Origin: Zymomonas mobilis subsp. mobilis ATCC 10988
Lineage (GTDB): Bacteria > Pseudomonadota > Alphaproteobacteria > Sphingomonadales > Sphingomonadaceae
Length of the DNA stretch: 32,000 nucleotides
Direction: 5' to 3'
Assembly: GCF_000175255.2 (NCBI RefSeq)
Contig: NC_017262.1
Location: forward strand, 1,710,001-1,742,000
How positions within the stretch are numbered: position 1 is the stretch's first letter; every line of letters starts with the position of its first letter. A program made the translations under genes and the position numbers. The notes beneath the pieces were generated by a model that was not told the origin of the DNA, made no database searches, and worked only from the letters and a program-made list of their open reading frames with translations. This document shows, piece by piece, positions 18,079 through 27,516 of this stretch.

Positions 18079-20370
18079 ATGATGGGGGGATCGAACAGGA
18101 TAAAAACGGTGGTGCCGGTTTTGGCCTTGGCAGGCTGTTTCCTAGCACCGGCGGATGCACAAAATCTTTCTTCCGCCGAGGTCAATAATAGCGCGCAAGA
18201 GGAAGTCAAAACGGCACCGTCGAAAAAAAAGGATAAATCCGACGTTATCGTTGTTACGGCTACCGGATTGTCACAGGCCTCTTCGACGACCAAAACCCAT
18301 ACGCCGATTATTGAATCGCCCCAATCCATTTCTATTGTCAGCCGCGACGAAATAGAATTGCGTGCTTCTCCAACAATCGCCGATGCTTTGGCTTATACTG
18401 CTGGCGTTCAGGCTGAACCTTCCGGCATTGATAGCCGAGTTGATGAAGTATCCGTGCGTGGTTTCGGCGCAGGTGGCTTTTCTTCCAATAACAATTTTGT
18501 TGATGGCTTGCGTTTGCCTTCAGGGGGGCAATGGACAAGAACTTCTTTTGATCCTTTTTCTCTCCAACAAATCGAAGTTTTAAAAGGACCTTCCGGCGCA
18601 CTTTATGGTCAGACGGCTCCGGGCGGTGTTGTCAATCTTGCCACGAAAAGGCCAACAAAGAAAAGTCAGGGTGAATTTTTCCTTCAAGGCGCTGGCTATA
18701 CCCATCTTGGGAATTGGCAAGGACAGGCTTCTGGCGATGTTTCCGGAAAATTGAATAAAGACGGCACGTTGTCTGGCCGGATCGTTGGTTTAGCCCGTTA
18801 CGGGGATACCCAAGTCAACCATGTTCAAACAGGGCGCTATTATGTTTCGCCCAGCCTGACATGGGAAATTTCTCCCGATACAAAATGGACGGTTCTTGCC
18901 CAATATCAACGCGACCAAGGCGGTTCGACATTCCAGTTTTTACCTGCAACAGGTACGCTTTATGCTTCAAAAGGCCGCCATATTGCTAATGATGCGAATA
19001 TTGGTGAACCCAAATGGGATAACTTCAATCGTAATCAGGTGATGGCGGGTTCCTTCTTTGAACATCACTTCAATCATTTCCTGACTCTTCGCAACAATAC
19101 CCGATATACCTATCTGAATACCCTTTATCGGGCGACGGTGCTTTCGGGCGATACTTTACAAAGTTGCAGCGCTGCAATCGCCGGCTGTGTCGCTGGAGAA
19201 ACTGTCAATCGTCGCGCTGTCGAAGGGCGAGGGCGGTCACAAGGTGTCGCAACAGATACTCAATTAGAAGGTCATGTTGATACCGGTGCCGTCCGGCATG
19301 TCATGCTTTTTGGTACTGATTATTTCTATACCGATTGGACGCATGATCGCGATTTGGTCAAATCCTCTCTTGTCCTACCGATGCTTAATATCTTTGATCC
19401 GGTTTCCCGTGGCTCAGCAGGCTATGGCGCGGCTCTATCTCCACAGGTTTATACTTCAACCATCAGCCAACAAAACGGCATTTATTTCCAAGACCAGATC
19501 AAATTCAAACGTCTGCGCGTGACAGTCGGCGGACGACAGGATTGGGCAAAAGACGATACGTTAAACCGCCTGACGGGCAAACGTTATCTTACCCATTCAA
19601 ACGCCTTCACTTGGCGTGCAGGGGCTGTTTATCTCTTCGATAATGGTCTTGCGCCTTATTTCAGCTATGCCAAATCTTTCCAGCCACAGGTCTCCGATCC
19701 ATCGACTTCTTTAGATGGGACGCCTTTCAAGCCAACAACGGGTGACCAATATGAAGCCGGTATCCGTTACCAATATGGGAAAAGTATTTATATCACCTTT
19801 GGGGCGTATCAGATTACCCAACGGAATATGACTACGCCAGATCCCAATGGCGCCTTATGCGGCACCTCGACCTGTCTGGTGCAAACCGGAGAAGGGCGCG
19901 TGCGTGGTCTTGAATTAGAAGGGCGCGCGACTCTGCCTTGGAATATGGCGATTATCTTCACCGGAACGCGAAGTGATGCCAAGGTAACGCAATCCAATAC
20001 CGCCTCTCAAATCGGCAATTATTTACCACAGGCACCGAAATGGATGGCCTCGCTCTTTATTGATCAACGTATCCGGCATGGTTTCTTTACCGGTTTAGGT
20101 ATCGGGGGTGGTGTCCGCTATACTGGACACAGCTATGGCGATACCAATAATACGCTTTCAATTCCGGGATATACCCTGTTTGATTCCTTCTTGCGTTACG
20201 ATTTCGCCAATCGCTTCCCACGCTACAAGGGTTTATCTCTTTCTATAAATATGCGTAACATTGCCAATAAACGCTATGTCGCGACCTGTACGGCGGCATC
20301 TGCCTGTTATTATGGTCAAGGGCGTAGCTTGACCTTGCGGCTCGGTTACAGTTGGGGAGGCACGGCCTGA
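18079..20370 (+). CDS. TonB-dependent siderophore receptor
   Basis: Signal peptide, TonB-box-like DVIVVTA, plug ESPQSISIVSRDEIELR...VDEVSVRGF...IEVLKGPSGALYGQTAPGGVVNLATKRP, and a C-terminal beta-barrel region ending SLTLRLGYSWGGTA. Confidence 0.93.
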   Translation: MMGGSNRIKTVVPVLALAGCFLAPADAQNLSSAEVNNSAQEEVKTAPSKKKDKSDVIVVTATGLSQASSTTKTHTPIIESPQSISIVSRDEIELRASPTIADALAYTAGVQAEPSGIDSRVDEVSVRGFGAGGFSSNNNFVDGLRLPSGGQWTRTSFDPFSLQQIEVLKGPSGALYGQTAPGGVVNLATKRPTKKSQGEFFLQGAGYTHLGNWQGQASGDVSGKLNKDGTLSGRIVGLARYGDTQVNHVQTGRYYVSPSLTWEISPDTKWTVLAQYQRDQGGSTFQFLPATGTLYASKGRHIANDANIGEPKWDNFNRNQVMAGSFFEHHFNHFLTLRNNTRYTYLNTLYRATVLSGDTLQSCSAAIAGCVAGETVNRRAVEGRGRSQGVATDTQLEGHVDTGAVRHVMLFGTDYFYTDWTHDRDLVKSSLVLPMLNIFDPVSRGSAGYGAALSPQVYTSTISQQNGIYFQDQIKFKRLRVTVGGRQDWAKDDTLNRLTGKRYLTHSNAFTWRAGAVYLFDNGLAPYFSYAKSFQPQVSDPSTSLDGTPFKPTTGDQYEAGIRYQYGKSIYITFGAYQITQRNMTTPDPNGALCGTSTCLVQTGEGRVRGLELEGRATLPWNMAIIFTGTRSDAKVTQSNTASQIGNYLPQAPKWMASLFIDQRIRHGFFTGLGIGGGVRYTGHSYGDTNNTLSIPGYTLFDSFLRYDFANRFPRYKGLSLSINMRNIANKRYVATCTAASACYYGQGRSLTLRLGYSWGGTA

Positions 20371-20639
20371 TGTTTCTTTTTTTTGCGATTATTTTGTCTG
20401 CTTCGGGGGCAGTGATGTTTTATCTGCTTTCCCGCAATCAACAGCTTTTACCCAAAGCCTTGGATAAACAGCCTTTTATGCTGGTGGCCTGTTCGCTGGA
20501 ATTTATGGCCTTTCTAATGCTTTGGGAGGAAAAAAGCCTGACATCAGCCTTACTGACATTGGTTTTATTATTGATGATCGAATGGTCTTTCTTGCCCTTG
20601 CTGATCGCGCTTTTCCCCAAAAATAGGTGCAAACCATGA
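20370..20639 (+). CDS. Small integral membrane protein, possibly DUF3325-like
   Basis: About 89 aa, three predicted hydrophobic segments; its ATG overlaps the receptor stop (TGATG). Family name inferred from context. Confidence 0.65.
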   Translation: MFLFFAIILSASGAVMFYLLSRNQQLLPKALDKQPFMLVACSLEFMAFLMLWEEKSLTSALLTLVLLLMIEWSFLPLLIALFPKNRCKP

Positions 20640-20935
20640 AGCAAGGCGCAGAACGACAAGATAAAGACTGGCTCTTCAAATTTCTGGCTACTTTTTTCTT
20701 GGGTATACCGCTTCTACTGGGTGTTATGGGGCTCGTCGGCTTGTGGTGTCATAACGACGGAAATCCAAGGGCAATTTCTTCACAATTGATGATGTGGGTG
20801 CTCTCGCCGCTTTGGATAACACTTCTCGGATTATCCGGATTCTTCCGTTCATCCCGTCAGGCATGGGGCATTTTAGGCGGGTTAAGCCTCTTTGTATGGG
20901 CAGTATTTTTTCTTTTGCGGGGGTTCTGTTTATGA
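20636..20935 (+). CDS. DUF3649-like iron-uptake-associated membrane protein
   Basis: About 99 aa, several hydrophobic helices; ATGA overlap with the upstream gene; adjacent to PepSY and TonB receptor genes. Confidence 0.65.
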   Translation: MKQGAERQDKDWLFKFLATFFLGIPLLLGVMGLVGLWCHNDGNPRAISSQLMMWVLSPLWITLLGLSGFFRSSRQAWGILGGLSLFVWAVFFLLRGFCL

Positions 20936-22503
20936 AAATCCCGAATATGATTCTACGCAGCTATCGAGAATTACATAGCTGGGTCGGTATTGTTGCCGGT
21001 CTATTTTTATTTGTGGCCTTCTATGCGGGTGCCATCACCATGTTTGAACAGCCCATACAAGATTGGGCATCTCAAACGGTCTCTTTACCCCCTCCGGTTT
21101 CGTTACATGCGACCCCTGAATTGTTAGAAAAAACTTTTGCCGCTCATCCCGAAGCTCGGAAAAGTTATACCGTTTATTTAGCGCCGAATGTGGCTCATCC
21201 TGAACGTCTCTCTTGGTTTGCACCGCTTTCTCATGGTCATGTCGGCCAAGCGACCCTAGCGGCTTTAGATGAAAAAGGCGCGCTCGTTACCGCCAAACCG
21301 CAAATCTCGGCGAATGCCCATTTTATCAATCTGCTGCATCAACAGGTTGGCTTACCCTTCCCGCATGAAACCTCTTTACTGGTGACGGGGATTGTCGGGC
21401 TTTTATATGGTGTGGCGTTATTATCGGGGATTATTATTTTCCTGCCAAAAATGGCTGAAAATCTTTTTGCTGTGCGGTTGACGACCAGTCTTAGACGAAA
21501 ATGGCTCGACCTCCATAATCTTCTAGGAATCTTTTCTTTACCCTTCCATCTGGTGATGGCGTTAACGGCGGTTGTTTTTGCTTTTCATGATCCTGTCTTT
21601 GATGTTCAACATGCTTTATTCGCAAAAAGTAATCCGCCTTTGACGCTCTCTGAAAAAATACGCCCTTCTACAGAACAGGGTAGGCTCTCGCAAAAAGCCG
21701 ATCAGGCAAAAATAAAACCATCCTCTTCTTTGCCTTTGGAACCCGAAAAAATTGTCAATTCACTAGAATTACAGGCTGCCGGATTTGTGCCGGAAATGTT
21801 GAATTATTCTCAAAACAAGGAAGGTCAGCTTGTCTTACGGGTGGCAGGTCATGACTCACGCTATGGAATGCGGGGGGCTTCACGTGGCTTTGCCGAAATT
21901 GATCCTTATAGCGGCAAGATTTTGTCCTCCGATTACCTTCCCGGACATCAATCAACGGGCTTTGCCATTTTGACTACTTTTTTTGCCTTACATTTCGGTA
22001 ATTTTGGCGGAAATTTTGTCCGCTGGGGCTATGTTTTGTTAGGCTTAGGCGGTGCTTTTCTTTTCTATACCGGCAATCAACTCTGGATCAACGCCCGCAA
22101 AAGGCGGGAGATAAAAAGCGGAGAGACCTCTTCGGCTACGCAATTTTTGGATTGTTTGACAGCAGGTTGCGTCAATGGTTGTATATCAGGCATTTCAGCT
22201 ATTTTCTGCGCTGCCTTTTGGTTGCCCCATGGTGGTGATTATAAAGACATCGCCTCCGTTTATTATGGGGTCTTTGTCCTTTTCGTTATTTTGGCTTTTT
22301 GTCTAAAAACGCGATATCGGAATTCTATTCTGCTTTCGCTTTCTGGGCTTATCACGCTTCTCATTCCTGTTATGGCCAGCCCTTATGGCCACAAAGCTCT
22401 TCTTTTACGCCCTAATGTGACGATCAATCTTATCGCCATTTTTCTTGGGATTTTTCTTTTCTGGGCAGCAGGGAGAGAGAAAAAACTTTCAGGCAAAGTA
22501 TAA
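20932..22503 (+). CDS. PepSY-associated TM helix protein (PiuB-like, putative iron reductase)
   Basis: RSYRELHSWVGIVAGLFLFVAFYAGAITMFE, HLLHQQVGLPFPHETSLLVTGIVGLLYGVALLSGIIIFLP, RKWLDLHNLLGIFSLPFHLVMALTAVVFAF. The start MKIPN at 20932 overlaps the upstream stop as ATGA; the ORF track start at 20794 is too long. Confidence 0.88.
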   Translation: MKIPNMILRSYRELHSWVGIVAGLFLFVAFYAGAITMFEQPIQDWASQTVSLPPPVSLHATPELLEKTFAAHPEARKSYTVYLAPNVAHPERLSWFAPLSHGHVGQATLAALDEKGALVTAKPQISANAHFINLLHQQVGLPFPHETSLLVTGIVGLLYGVALLSGIIIFLPKMAENLFAVRLTTSLRRKWLDLHNLLGIFSLPFHLVMALTAVVFAFHDPVFDVQHALFAKSNPPLTLSEKIRPSTEQGRLSQKADQAKIKPSSSLPLEPEKIVNSLELQAAGFVPEMLNYSQNKEGQLVLRVAGHDSRYGMRGASRGFAEIDPYSGKILSSDYLPGHQSTGFAILTTFFALHFGNFGGNFVRWGYVLLGLGGAFLFYTGNQLWINARKRREIKSGETSSATQFLDCLTAGCVNGCISGISAIFCAAFWLPHGGDYKDIASVYYGVFVLFVILAFCLKTRYRNSILLSLSGLITLLIPVMASPYGHKALLLRPNVTINLIAIFLGIFLFWAAGREKKLSGKV

Positions 22504-22540
22504 AAAAAGGCTTCAGTCTATCGAAGGATAGGCTGAAGCC
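22502..22540 (-). terminator. Rho-independent terminator downstream of engB
   Basis: On the minus strand: ggcttcagcctatc-cttc-gatagactgaagcc followed by a run of seven T. 14-position stem with one G-U. Confidence 0.85.
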
Positions 22541-22569
22541 AATATCACTATAAAAACGATAAAGTGGGC

Positions 22570-23298
22570 TTAGATGATCGCATCATAAACAGCAGCGCGT
22601 AATTCCGCTATGCCCGTGCCTTTTTCGCTTGAGGTCGCAATAATTTCAGGAAAAGCTGCCGGATGTTTCCGCATTTCTTCGGTGATAGCTTTAACCGTTT
22701 TTTCCAGTTCGGCGGCTTTGATTTTGTCCGATTTTGTTAGGACAACTCGATAAGAAATAGCCGCATCATCCAGCATTTTCATCAAGTCACGATCAACATC
22801 TTTGATGCCGTGACGGCTATCTATCAAAATCAAACTCCGTCTAAGAACAGCCCGACCCCGCAAATAATCGTTGATCAGCCATTTCCAGCGTTTAACAACA
22901 TCCTTCGGTGCTTTGGCAAAACCATAACCGGGCATATCAACAAGCCGCATTTGCAAAGGCTCACCGACATCAAAGAAGTTTAATTCTTGGGTTCTGCCCG
23001 GTGTCGTCGAGGCGCGTGCCAGACTATTCCGATTGGTCAAAGCATTGATAAGGGAAGACTTACCAACATTTGAACGGCCAGCAAAAGCCACTTCCGGTGC
23101 GGTCGGTGCTGGCAAAAATTCAAGTGCTGGAGCCGATTTTAAAAAATTCACGGCTCCGGCAAAAAGTTTCCTGCCCGCTTCCAGCCTAATATCGTTTTCT
23201 GGACTCATTTTGGATATCAAGCTTTCTTCTTGGACAGGCGTTTTCTTTCGGCTCTGTCTTGGCGTTCTTCCGGTGTCGAATGACGATGCTGTAACCAC
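22570..23298 (-). CDS. engB: Ribosome biogenesis GTP-binding protein YsxC/EngB
   Basis: APTAPEVAFAGRSNVGKSSLINALTNR, GRTQELNFF, MVDMPGYGFAKAPK, VVLTKSDKI. An alternative start MSPENDIRL at 23208 would avoid the overlap with yidC. Confidence 0.95.
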   Translation of the reverse strand: MVTASSFDTGRTPRQSRKKTPVQEESLISKMSPENDIRLEAGRKLFAGAVNFLKSAPALEFLPAPTAPEVAFAGRSNVGKSSLINALTNRNSLARASTTPGRTQELNFFDVGEPLQMRLVDMPGYGFAKAPKDVVKRWKWLINDYLRGRAVLRRSLILIDSRHGIKDVDRDLMKMLDDAAISYRVVLTKSDKIKAAELEKTVKAITEEMRKHPAAFPEIIATSSEKGTGIAELRAAVYDAII

Positions 23299-24956
23299 AT
23301 CATCTGCGCCAGAGAAATAAGGTTATTAAAGATATAATAGACCTGCAAACCGGCCGCCAAAGGCGCCATGAAGATTACCGAAATCAAAGGCAAAAAGCTC
23401 ATGATCTGTTGCTGTGCCGGTTCCAACTGTTGCGGGCTGGCACGGAATTGCAACCACATGGTGATACCCAAAATGATAGGCAATACACCGATCATCAGGA
23501 AATGCGGCGGGGTGAAATGCAGCAAGCCGAAAAGATTAAACGGCGTTAAAGGATCCGGTGCCGATAAATCTTTGATCCACAAGATAAAGGGCTGATGACG
23601 GCTTTCGATCGTCACAAGCAAGGTCTTGTAGAGCGCGATAAAGATTGGGAATTGGATAAACATCGGCAAGCATCCAGCAAAAGGATTCACTTTTTCCTTC
23701 TGATAGAGCGTTACCAATTCCTGCCGCATTCTAGCTTCATCATTTTTATAACGTTCACGAACAGCCTGCATTTTAGGCTGTAACCGCCGCATCGAAGCCA
23801 TCGAGGCATATTGTTTATTGGCAATCGGGAAGATCAAAGCACGGATGGTAAACACCATCAGAATGATGGCAAGGCCATAATTTCCGACATGCAAGAACAA
23901 CCAGTCGAGATAATAGAAAAAGACTTTTTCGATAATCGCGAACCAGCCCCAATCAATCGCCTTGTCAAAATGAGGCAGATGTAACTGATCGCGGTAACGG
24001 TCAAGAACACGGACTTCTTTGGCACCGGCAAAAACATCAACACTGGTGCTGGCCGTTTTCCCTGCGGCAACCACCACCGGAGCCACCGTGAAATCAGCCT
24101 GATAATGGTGATTGGAGCTGCTTCTGAAATCGGTATCAATCGCGATTTTCTGATTATGAGGCGCAAGAGCCGTTAACCAATATTTATCGGAAAAGCCGAT
24201 CCAACCGCCTTGGGTGTTATTACGGATGCTATTATTGGTCGCTTTATCAATATCTGCAAAATCGACATGATAATTAACCGAACCGTTGAACACGCCAATC
24301 GGCCCCGTATGCAACGTCCAAGAACTGGCCGTTTTGAAGACACCTTGATGGTTGGTTAAAACATAGGGCTGAACAATAACCGGACTATTGCCACGATTGA
24401 TAACACTTTCGGTCGCGTTGAACATATAATCATGATCAACAGACAAGGTTATTCTGAAAATCTGGCCTTGTTGGTTATTCCAGTAGAAATTGACAGGATG
24501 GTCAGCCGTCAACTTGTCGCTATCCGCCTTCCAAAGGCTATCCGCATTCGGCAAAGCGACATTTTCACCTGTCCATCCAAAAGAGGTAAACCAGGCATTT
24601 TCTGTGCCTGCGGGTGAAAATAATCTGACAGCCGGAGAATTTTTAGCAAGGGTTTCACGATGACGGATAAGAGTCAGATCATCAAGGCGTAACCCTTTCA
24701 GATTAACAGAACCCTCAACGCTTTCTGTCAAAATGGGCAGGCGAGGGGTTTCCTGTAAAACCTGATCGACGGGTTTTAAAGGTTTGTCGCCGGATTCTTC
24801 TGCGGTTAATTCAGCTTTTAGCTGATTTTTGCCCTGCTGTGTTGGGGCAGGTGGCGTTGATAACCAATGTTTGGTTACAAAGCTCCAGCCAAATAAAATA
24901 AGCGCAGAAAGAATGGTAACAATAACCAGATTACGCTGCTGGTGCTTATCGTCCAT
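23217..24956 (-). CDS. yidC: Membrane protein insertase YidC
   Basis: MDDKHQQRNLVIVTILSALILFGWSF, WGWFAIIEKVFFYYLDWLFLHVGNYGLAIILMVFTIRALIFPIANKQYASMASMRRLQPKMQAV, PIFIALYKTL. Confidence 0.97.
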   Translation of the reverse strand: MDDKHQQRNLVIVTILSALILFGWSFVTKHWLSTPPAPTQQGKNQLKAELTAEESGDKPLKPVDQVLQETPRLPILTESVEGSVNLKGLRLDDLTLIRHRETLAKNSPAVRLFSPAGTENAWFTSFGWTGENVALPNADSLWKADSDKLTADHPVNFYWNNQQGQIFRITLSVDHDYMFNATESVINRGNSPVIVQPYVLTNHQGVFKTASSWTLHTGPIGVFNGSVNYHVDFADIDKATNNSIRNNTQGGWIGFSDKYWLTALAPHNQKIAIDTDFRSSSNHHYQADFTVAPVVVAAGKTASTSVDVFAGAKEVRVLDRYRDQLHLPHFDKAIDWGWFAIIEKVFFYYLDWLFLHVGNYGLAIILMVFTIRALIFPIANKQYASMASMRRLQPKMQAVRERYKNDEARMRQELVTLYQKEKVNPFAGCLPMFIQFPIFIALYKTLLVTIESRHQPFILWIKDLSAPDPLTPFNLFGLLHFTPPHFLMIGVLPIILGITMWLQFRASPQQLEPAQQQIMSFLPLISVIFMAPLAAGLQVYYIFNNLISLAQMMWLQHRHSTPEERQDRAERKRLSKKKA

Positions 24957-24973
24957 ATCGTTGTTTCACCCTT

Positions 24974-25186
24974 TCAAGGCACTGGATCATGCCCACACCC
25001 GCCCCATGGGTGGCAACGGGCTAGACGTTTTATGGTAAGCCAGCTTCCCTTTATTGCTCCATATCGGCGCCACGCTATGATGGCATAAGCTGAACAACTG
25101 GGATAATAGCGGCAGGAAGACGGCAAAAGCCGTGATGGACCCCATTGCCACAAGCGGGCCAACAAAATAAGCGCATGGGCGATCAT
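24974..25186 (-). CDS. yidD: Membrane protein insertion efficiency factor YidD
   Basis: [49 protein letters not shown]; stop/start overlap with rnpA; adjacent to yidC. Confidence 0.95.
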   Translation of the reverse strand: MIAHALILLARLWQWGPSRLLPSSCRYYPSCSAYAIIAWRRYGAIKGSWLTIKRLARCHPWGGCGHDPVP

Positions 25187-25647
25187 CGCCGCATACGCGC
25201 CAAAGCTTTTGACAATTGACGATAAAGATCATCAAAATTGCCGTGAAAGGCAGCTCGCCGACCAATCAATATATGATCAGCACCTTCTACACCGCCGACA
25301 GGCAGCAGTGATTGGACTAAAGCCCTGAAACGCCGCTTGATCCGGTTACGGACGACTGCATTGCCGGTTTTCTTTGTTACCGTATAGCCTACACGCATAT
25401 CCGGATTATCATCATGACGATGATAAACTAACAAGACAAAAGCCGGCATAGCCACGCGTTTACCGCGGTTAGCCGCAAGAAAATCAGCGCGGCGCTTAAG
25501 AACTGCTACGCGGACAGTTTCTTGCGGCTGCGAGCCCGACGGGCTGCCAGAATCTTGCGACCGCCCGGGGTTGCAGACCGGGTACGGAAACCGTGCCGGC
25601 GCTTGCGCACGAGGTTGCTCGGCTGAAAAGTGCGCTTCATCGCTCAT
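25183..25647 (-). CDS. rnpA: Ribonuclease P protein component, with N-terminal extension overlapping rpmH
   Basis: Core [18 protein letters not shown]...[27 protein letters not shown]. The only in-frame ATG/GTG/TTG codon upstream of the KRRADF motif is the ATG at 25647. Confidence 0.88.
   Translation of the reverse strand: MSDEAHFSAEQPRAQAPARFPYPVCNPGRSQDSGSPSGSQPQETVRVAVLKRRADFLAANRGKRVAMPAFVLLVYHRHDDNPDMRVGYTVTKKTGNAVVRNRIKRRFRALVQSLLPVGGVEGADHILIGRRAAFHGNFDDLYRQLSKALARMRR
25506..25640 (-). CDS. rpmH: 50S ribosomal protein L34 (missing from the ORF track)
   Basis: Manual translation of the minus strand gives [44 protein letters not shown] (44 aa). SD GAGG at 25649-25652 is 8 nt from the ATG. 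Confidence 0.97.
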   Translation of the reverse strand: MKRTFQPSNLVRKRRHGFRTRSATPGGRKILAARRARSRKKLSA

Positions 25648-25917
25648 TCCTCAACAGTATTTCTTGATTGTTAAAAAAGGCCACCGACACACGGCAGCCA
25701 TATCTAATGGGCGTGAATAGGGAAGATGACGGAAAAAGTCAACGGTTGCGCCAAGATTCATTTTTGAACGCTCATTGAATAGCCTTTTTTTAAATAAAAC
25801 AGTCGATAAAAAGGATTTGAAAAATATCTTTTTGAAGAATTAAAACCTATATAAGAAATTCAAAAAATATTATCAAAATAATAAAATTATAATATTAAAG
25901 GCGGTTTCTTTCTTATC

Positions 25918-27432
25918 ATGGTTACTTGTGTCGCCAGCCTGGCTTTTTTAGGGATGGAAGCCCGCCCAATAGAAGTTCAGGTTCAACTTTCTTCCGGTGT
26001 TCCTGCGTTTACCGTTGTCGGCTTACCCGACAAAGCCGTTTCCGAAAGCCGTGAAAGGGTGAGGGCGGCGTTATCCGCCATCGGATTGGCGCTGCCTCCC
26101 AAAAGAATTACGGTGAATCTATCTCCGGCCGACCTTCCCAAAGAAGGCTCACATTATGATTTGCCGATTGCTTTAGGGTTATTGGGGGCGATGGGCGTGT
26201 TGGATAATGAGACCTTAAGTCAATATGTCGTTTTGGGGGAATTGGGATTGGATGGGCGTTTAATGGCCTCACCGGGCGCGTTACCTGCCGCTATTCATGC
26301 CGCCTCTTGCCAATCCGGTTTGATTTGCGCCGAAGCCTTGGGCGCCGAAGCTGCATGGTCAGGATTAGATGAAATTATCGCCGCCCCCGATCTTTTGTTA
26401 TTGATCCAACATTTGAAAGGGAAAGTCGCTCTTCCCCAGCCCAAAGCTGATATTGTGGAAATCGCTTTTAATGGGCCTGATCTCGCTTCGGTCAAAGGGC
26501 AGGAACAAGCCAGACGCGCTTTGGAAATTGCGGCTGCTGGTGGGCATAATATGCTGATGTGTGGGTCTCCGGGAGCCGGTAAGTCATTATTGGCAGCCTG
26601 CCTTCCGGGTATCTTGCCGCCGCTTAGTAATCGCGAAGCCTTGGAGGTTTCGATGATTGCCTCTGTCTCAGGGATGCTGCCGCAAGGCGGCCTTATTCAG
26701 CAAAGACCTTTCCGCGCCCCGCATCACTCGGCTTCGATGGCGGCTTTGATCGGGGGTGGCCAGCATATCAAACCCGGCGAAGTGACTTTGGCGCATCTTG
26801 GCGTTTTGTTTTTAGATGAATTGCCGGAATTCAAAAGGCCAGTGCTCGATTCTTTGCGGCAACCTTTGGAAAATGGTGAGGTTTCCATTGCCCGCGCTCA
26901 TGCCCATATTCGTTTTCCGGCAAGGGTTCAGCTTATCGCTGCGATGAATCCTTGCCGTTGTGGTCACTTGGATGATGCAGCCTTGGCTTGTAGTCGCGCC
27001 CCGAAATGCGCCGCCGAATATCAAAATAAAATTTCTGGGCCTCTCTTAGATCGTATCGACATCCATATTGATATGCCCCCTGTCGGGGCGCATGAACTTA
27101 TGCTTCCCGAAGGCGAATCTTCCGCGACCGTCAAAGCCCGCGTGATGGCCGCCCGTCATATTCAGTCTCAGCGTTATCAAGATTATAAAGATGGGACTAT
27201 TCGCTGTAATGCCGAAGCGGACGGAGCCTTGATTGAAAAACTAACCCCTATGGATGATGCAGCGCGTAAAATTCTGATGACCGCCGTAGAAAAGATGCAC
27301 CTTTCTGCTCGTGCTTATTATCGCCTGTTAAAAGTCGCCCGTACGATCGCTGATCTGGATAGGGCTGAAACATTAAACCAGATTCATATATCGGAAGCCT
27401 TAAGCTACCGTCATCGTCAGCCCGTCGCCTAA
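25918..27432 (+). CDS. comM: YifB family Mg chelatase-like AAA ATPase (ComM)
   Basis: VGLPDKAVSESRERVRAALSAIG, HNMLMCGSPGAGKSLLAACLPGILPPLS, FRAPHHSASMAALIGGG, GVLFLDELPEFKRPVLDSLRQPLE, MNPCRCG. Confidence 0.96.
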   Translation: MVTCVASLAFLGMEARPIEVQVQLSSGVPAFTVVGLPDKAVSESRERVRAALSAIGLALPPKRITVNLSPADLPKEGSHYDLPIALGLLGAMGVLDNETLSQYVVLGELGLDGRLMASPGALPAAIHAASCQSGLICAEALGAEAAWSGLDEIIAAPDLLLLIQHLKGKVALPQPKADIVEIAFNGPDLASVKGQEQARRALEIAAAGGHNMLMCGSPGAGKSLLAACLPGILPPLSNREALEVSMIASVSGMLPQGGLIQQRPFRAPHHSASMAALIGGGQHIKPGEVTLAHLGVLFLDELPEFKRPVLDSLRQPLENGEVSIARAHAHIRFPARVQLIAAMNPCRCGHLDDAALACSRAPKCAAEYQNKISGPLLDRIDIHIDMPPVGAHELMLPEGESSATVKARVMAARHIQSQRYQDYKDGTIRCNAEADGALIEKLTPMDDAARKILMTAVEKMHLSARAYYRLLKVARTIADLDRAETLNQIHISEALSYRHRQPVA

Positions 27433-27436
27433 AATC

Positions 27437-27488
27437 AAAAAAGCCCTTTGAAACACCGCTAACGCATCGGGTCTCAAAAGGCTTTTTT
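27437..27488. terminator. Bidirectional terminator between comM and rpoD
   Basis: aaaaaagccctttga ... tcaaaaggctttttt: 15-position stem with one mismatch, A run on the left arm and T run on the right, at a convergent junction. Confidence 0.75.
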
Positions 27489-27516
27489 ACAGATAAAGCG
27501 CTAAAGGCTGTTTTCT

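Noticed and set aside
20794-20931. N-terminal 46-codon extension of the PepSY protein in the ORF track
   Set aside because: It overlaps the DUF3649-like gene out of frame; the ATGA overlap start at 20932 immediately precedes the conserved helix.
23209-23298. engB/yidC overlap of about 80 nt as a notable overlapping gene pair
   Set aside because: An in-frame ATG (MSPENDIRL) at 23208 removes the overlap, and the upstream 30 residues look unconserved.
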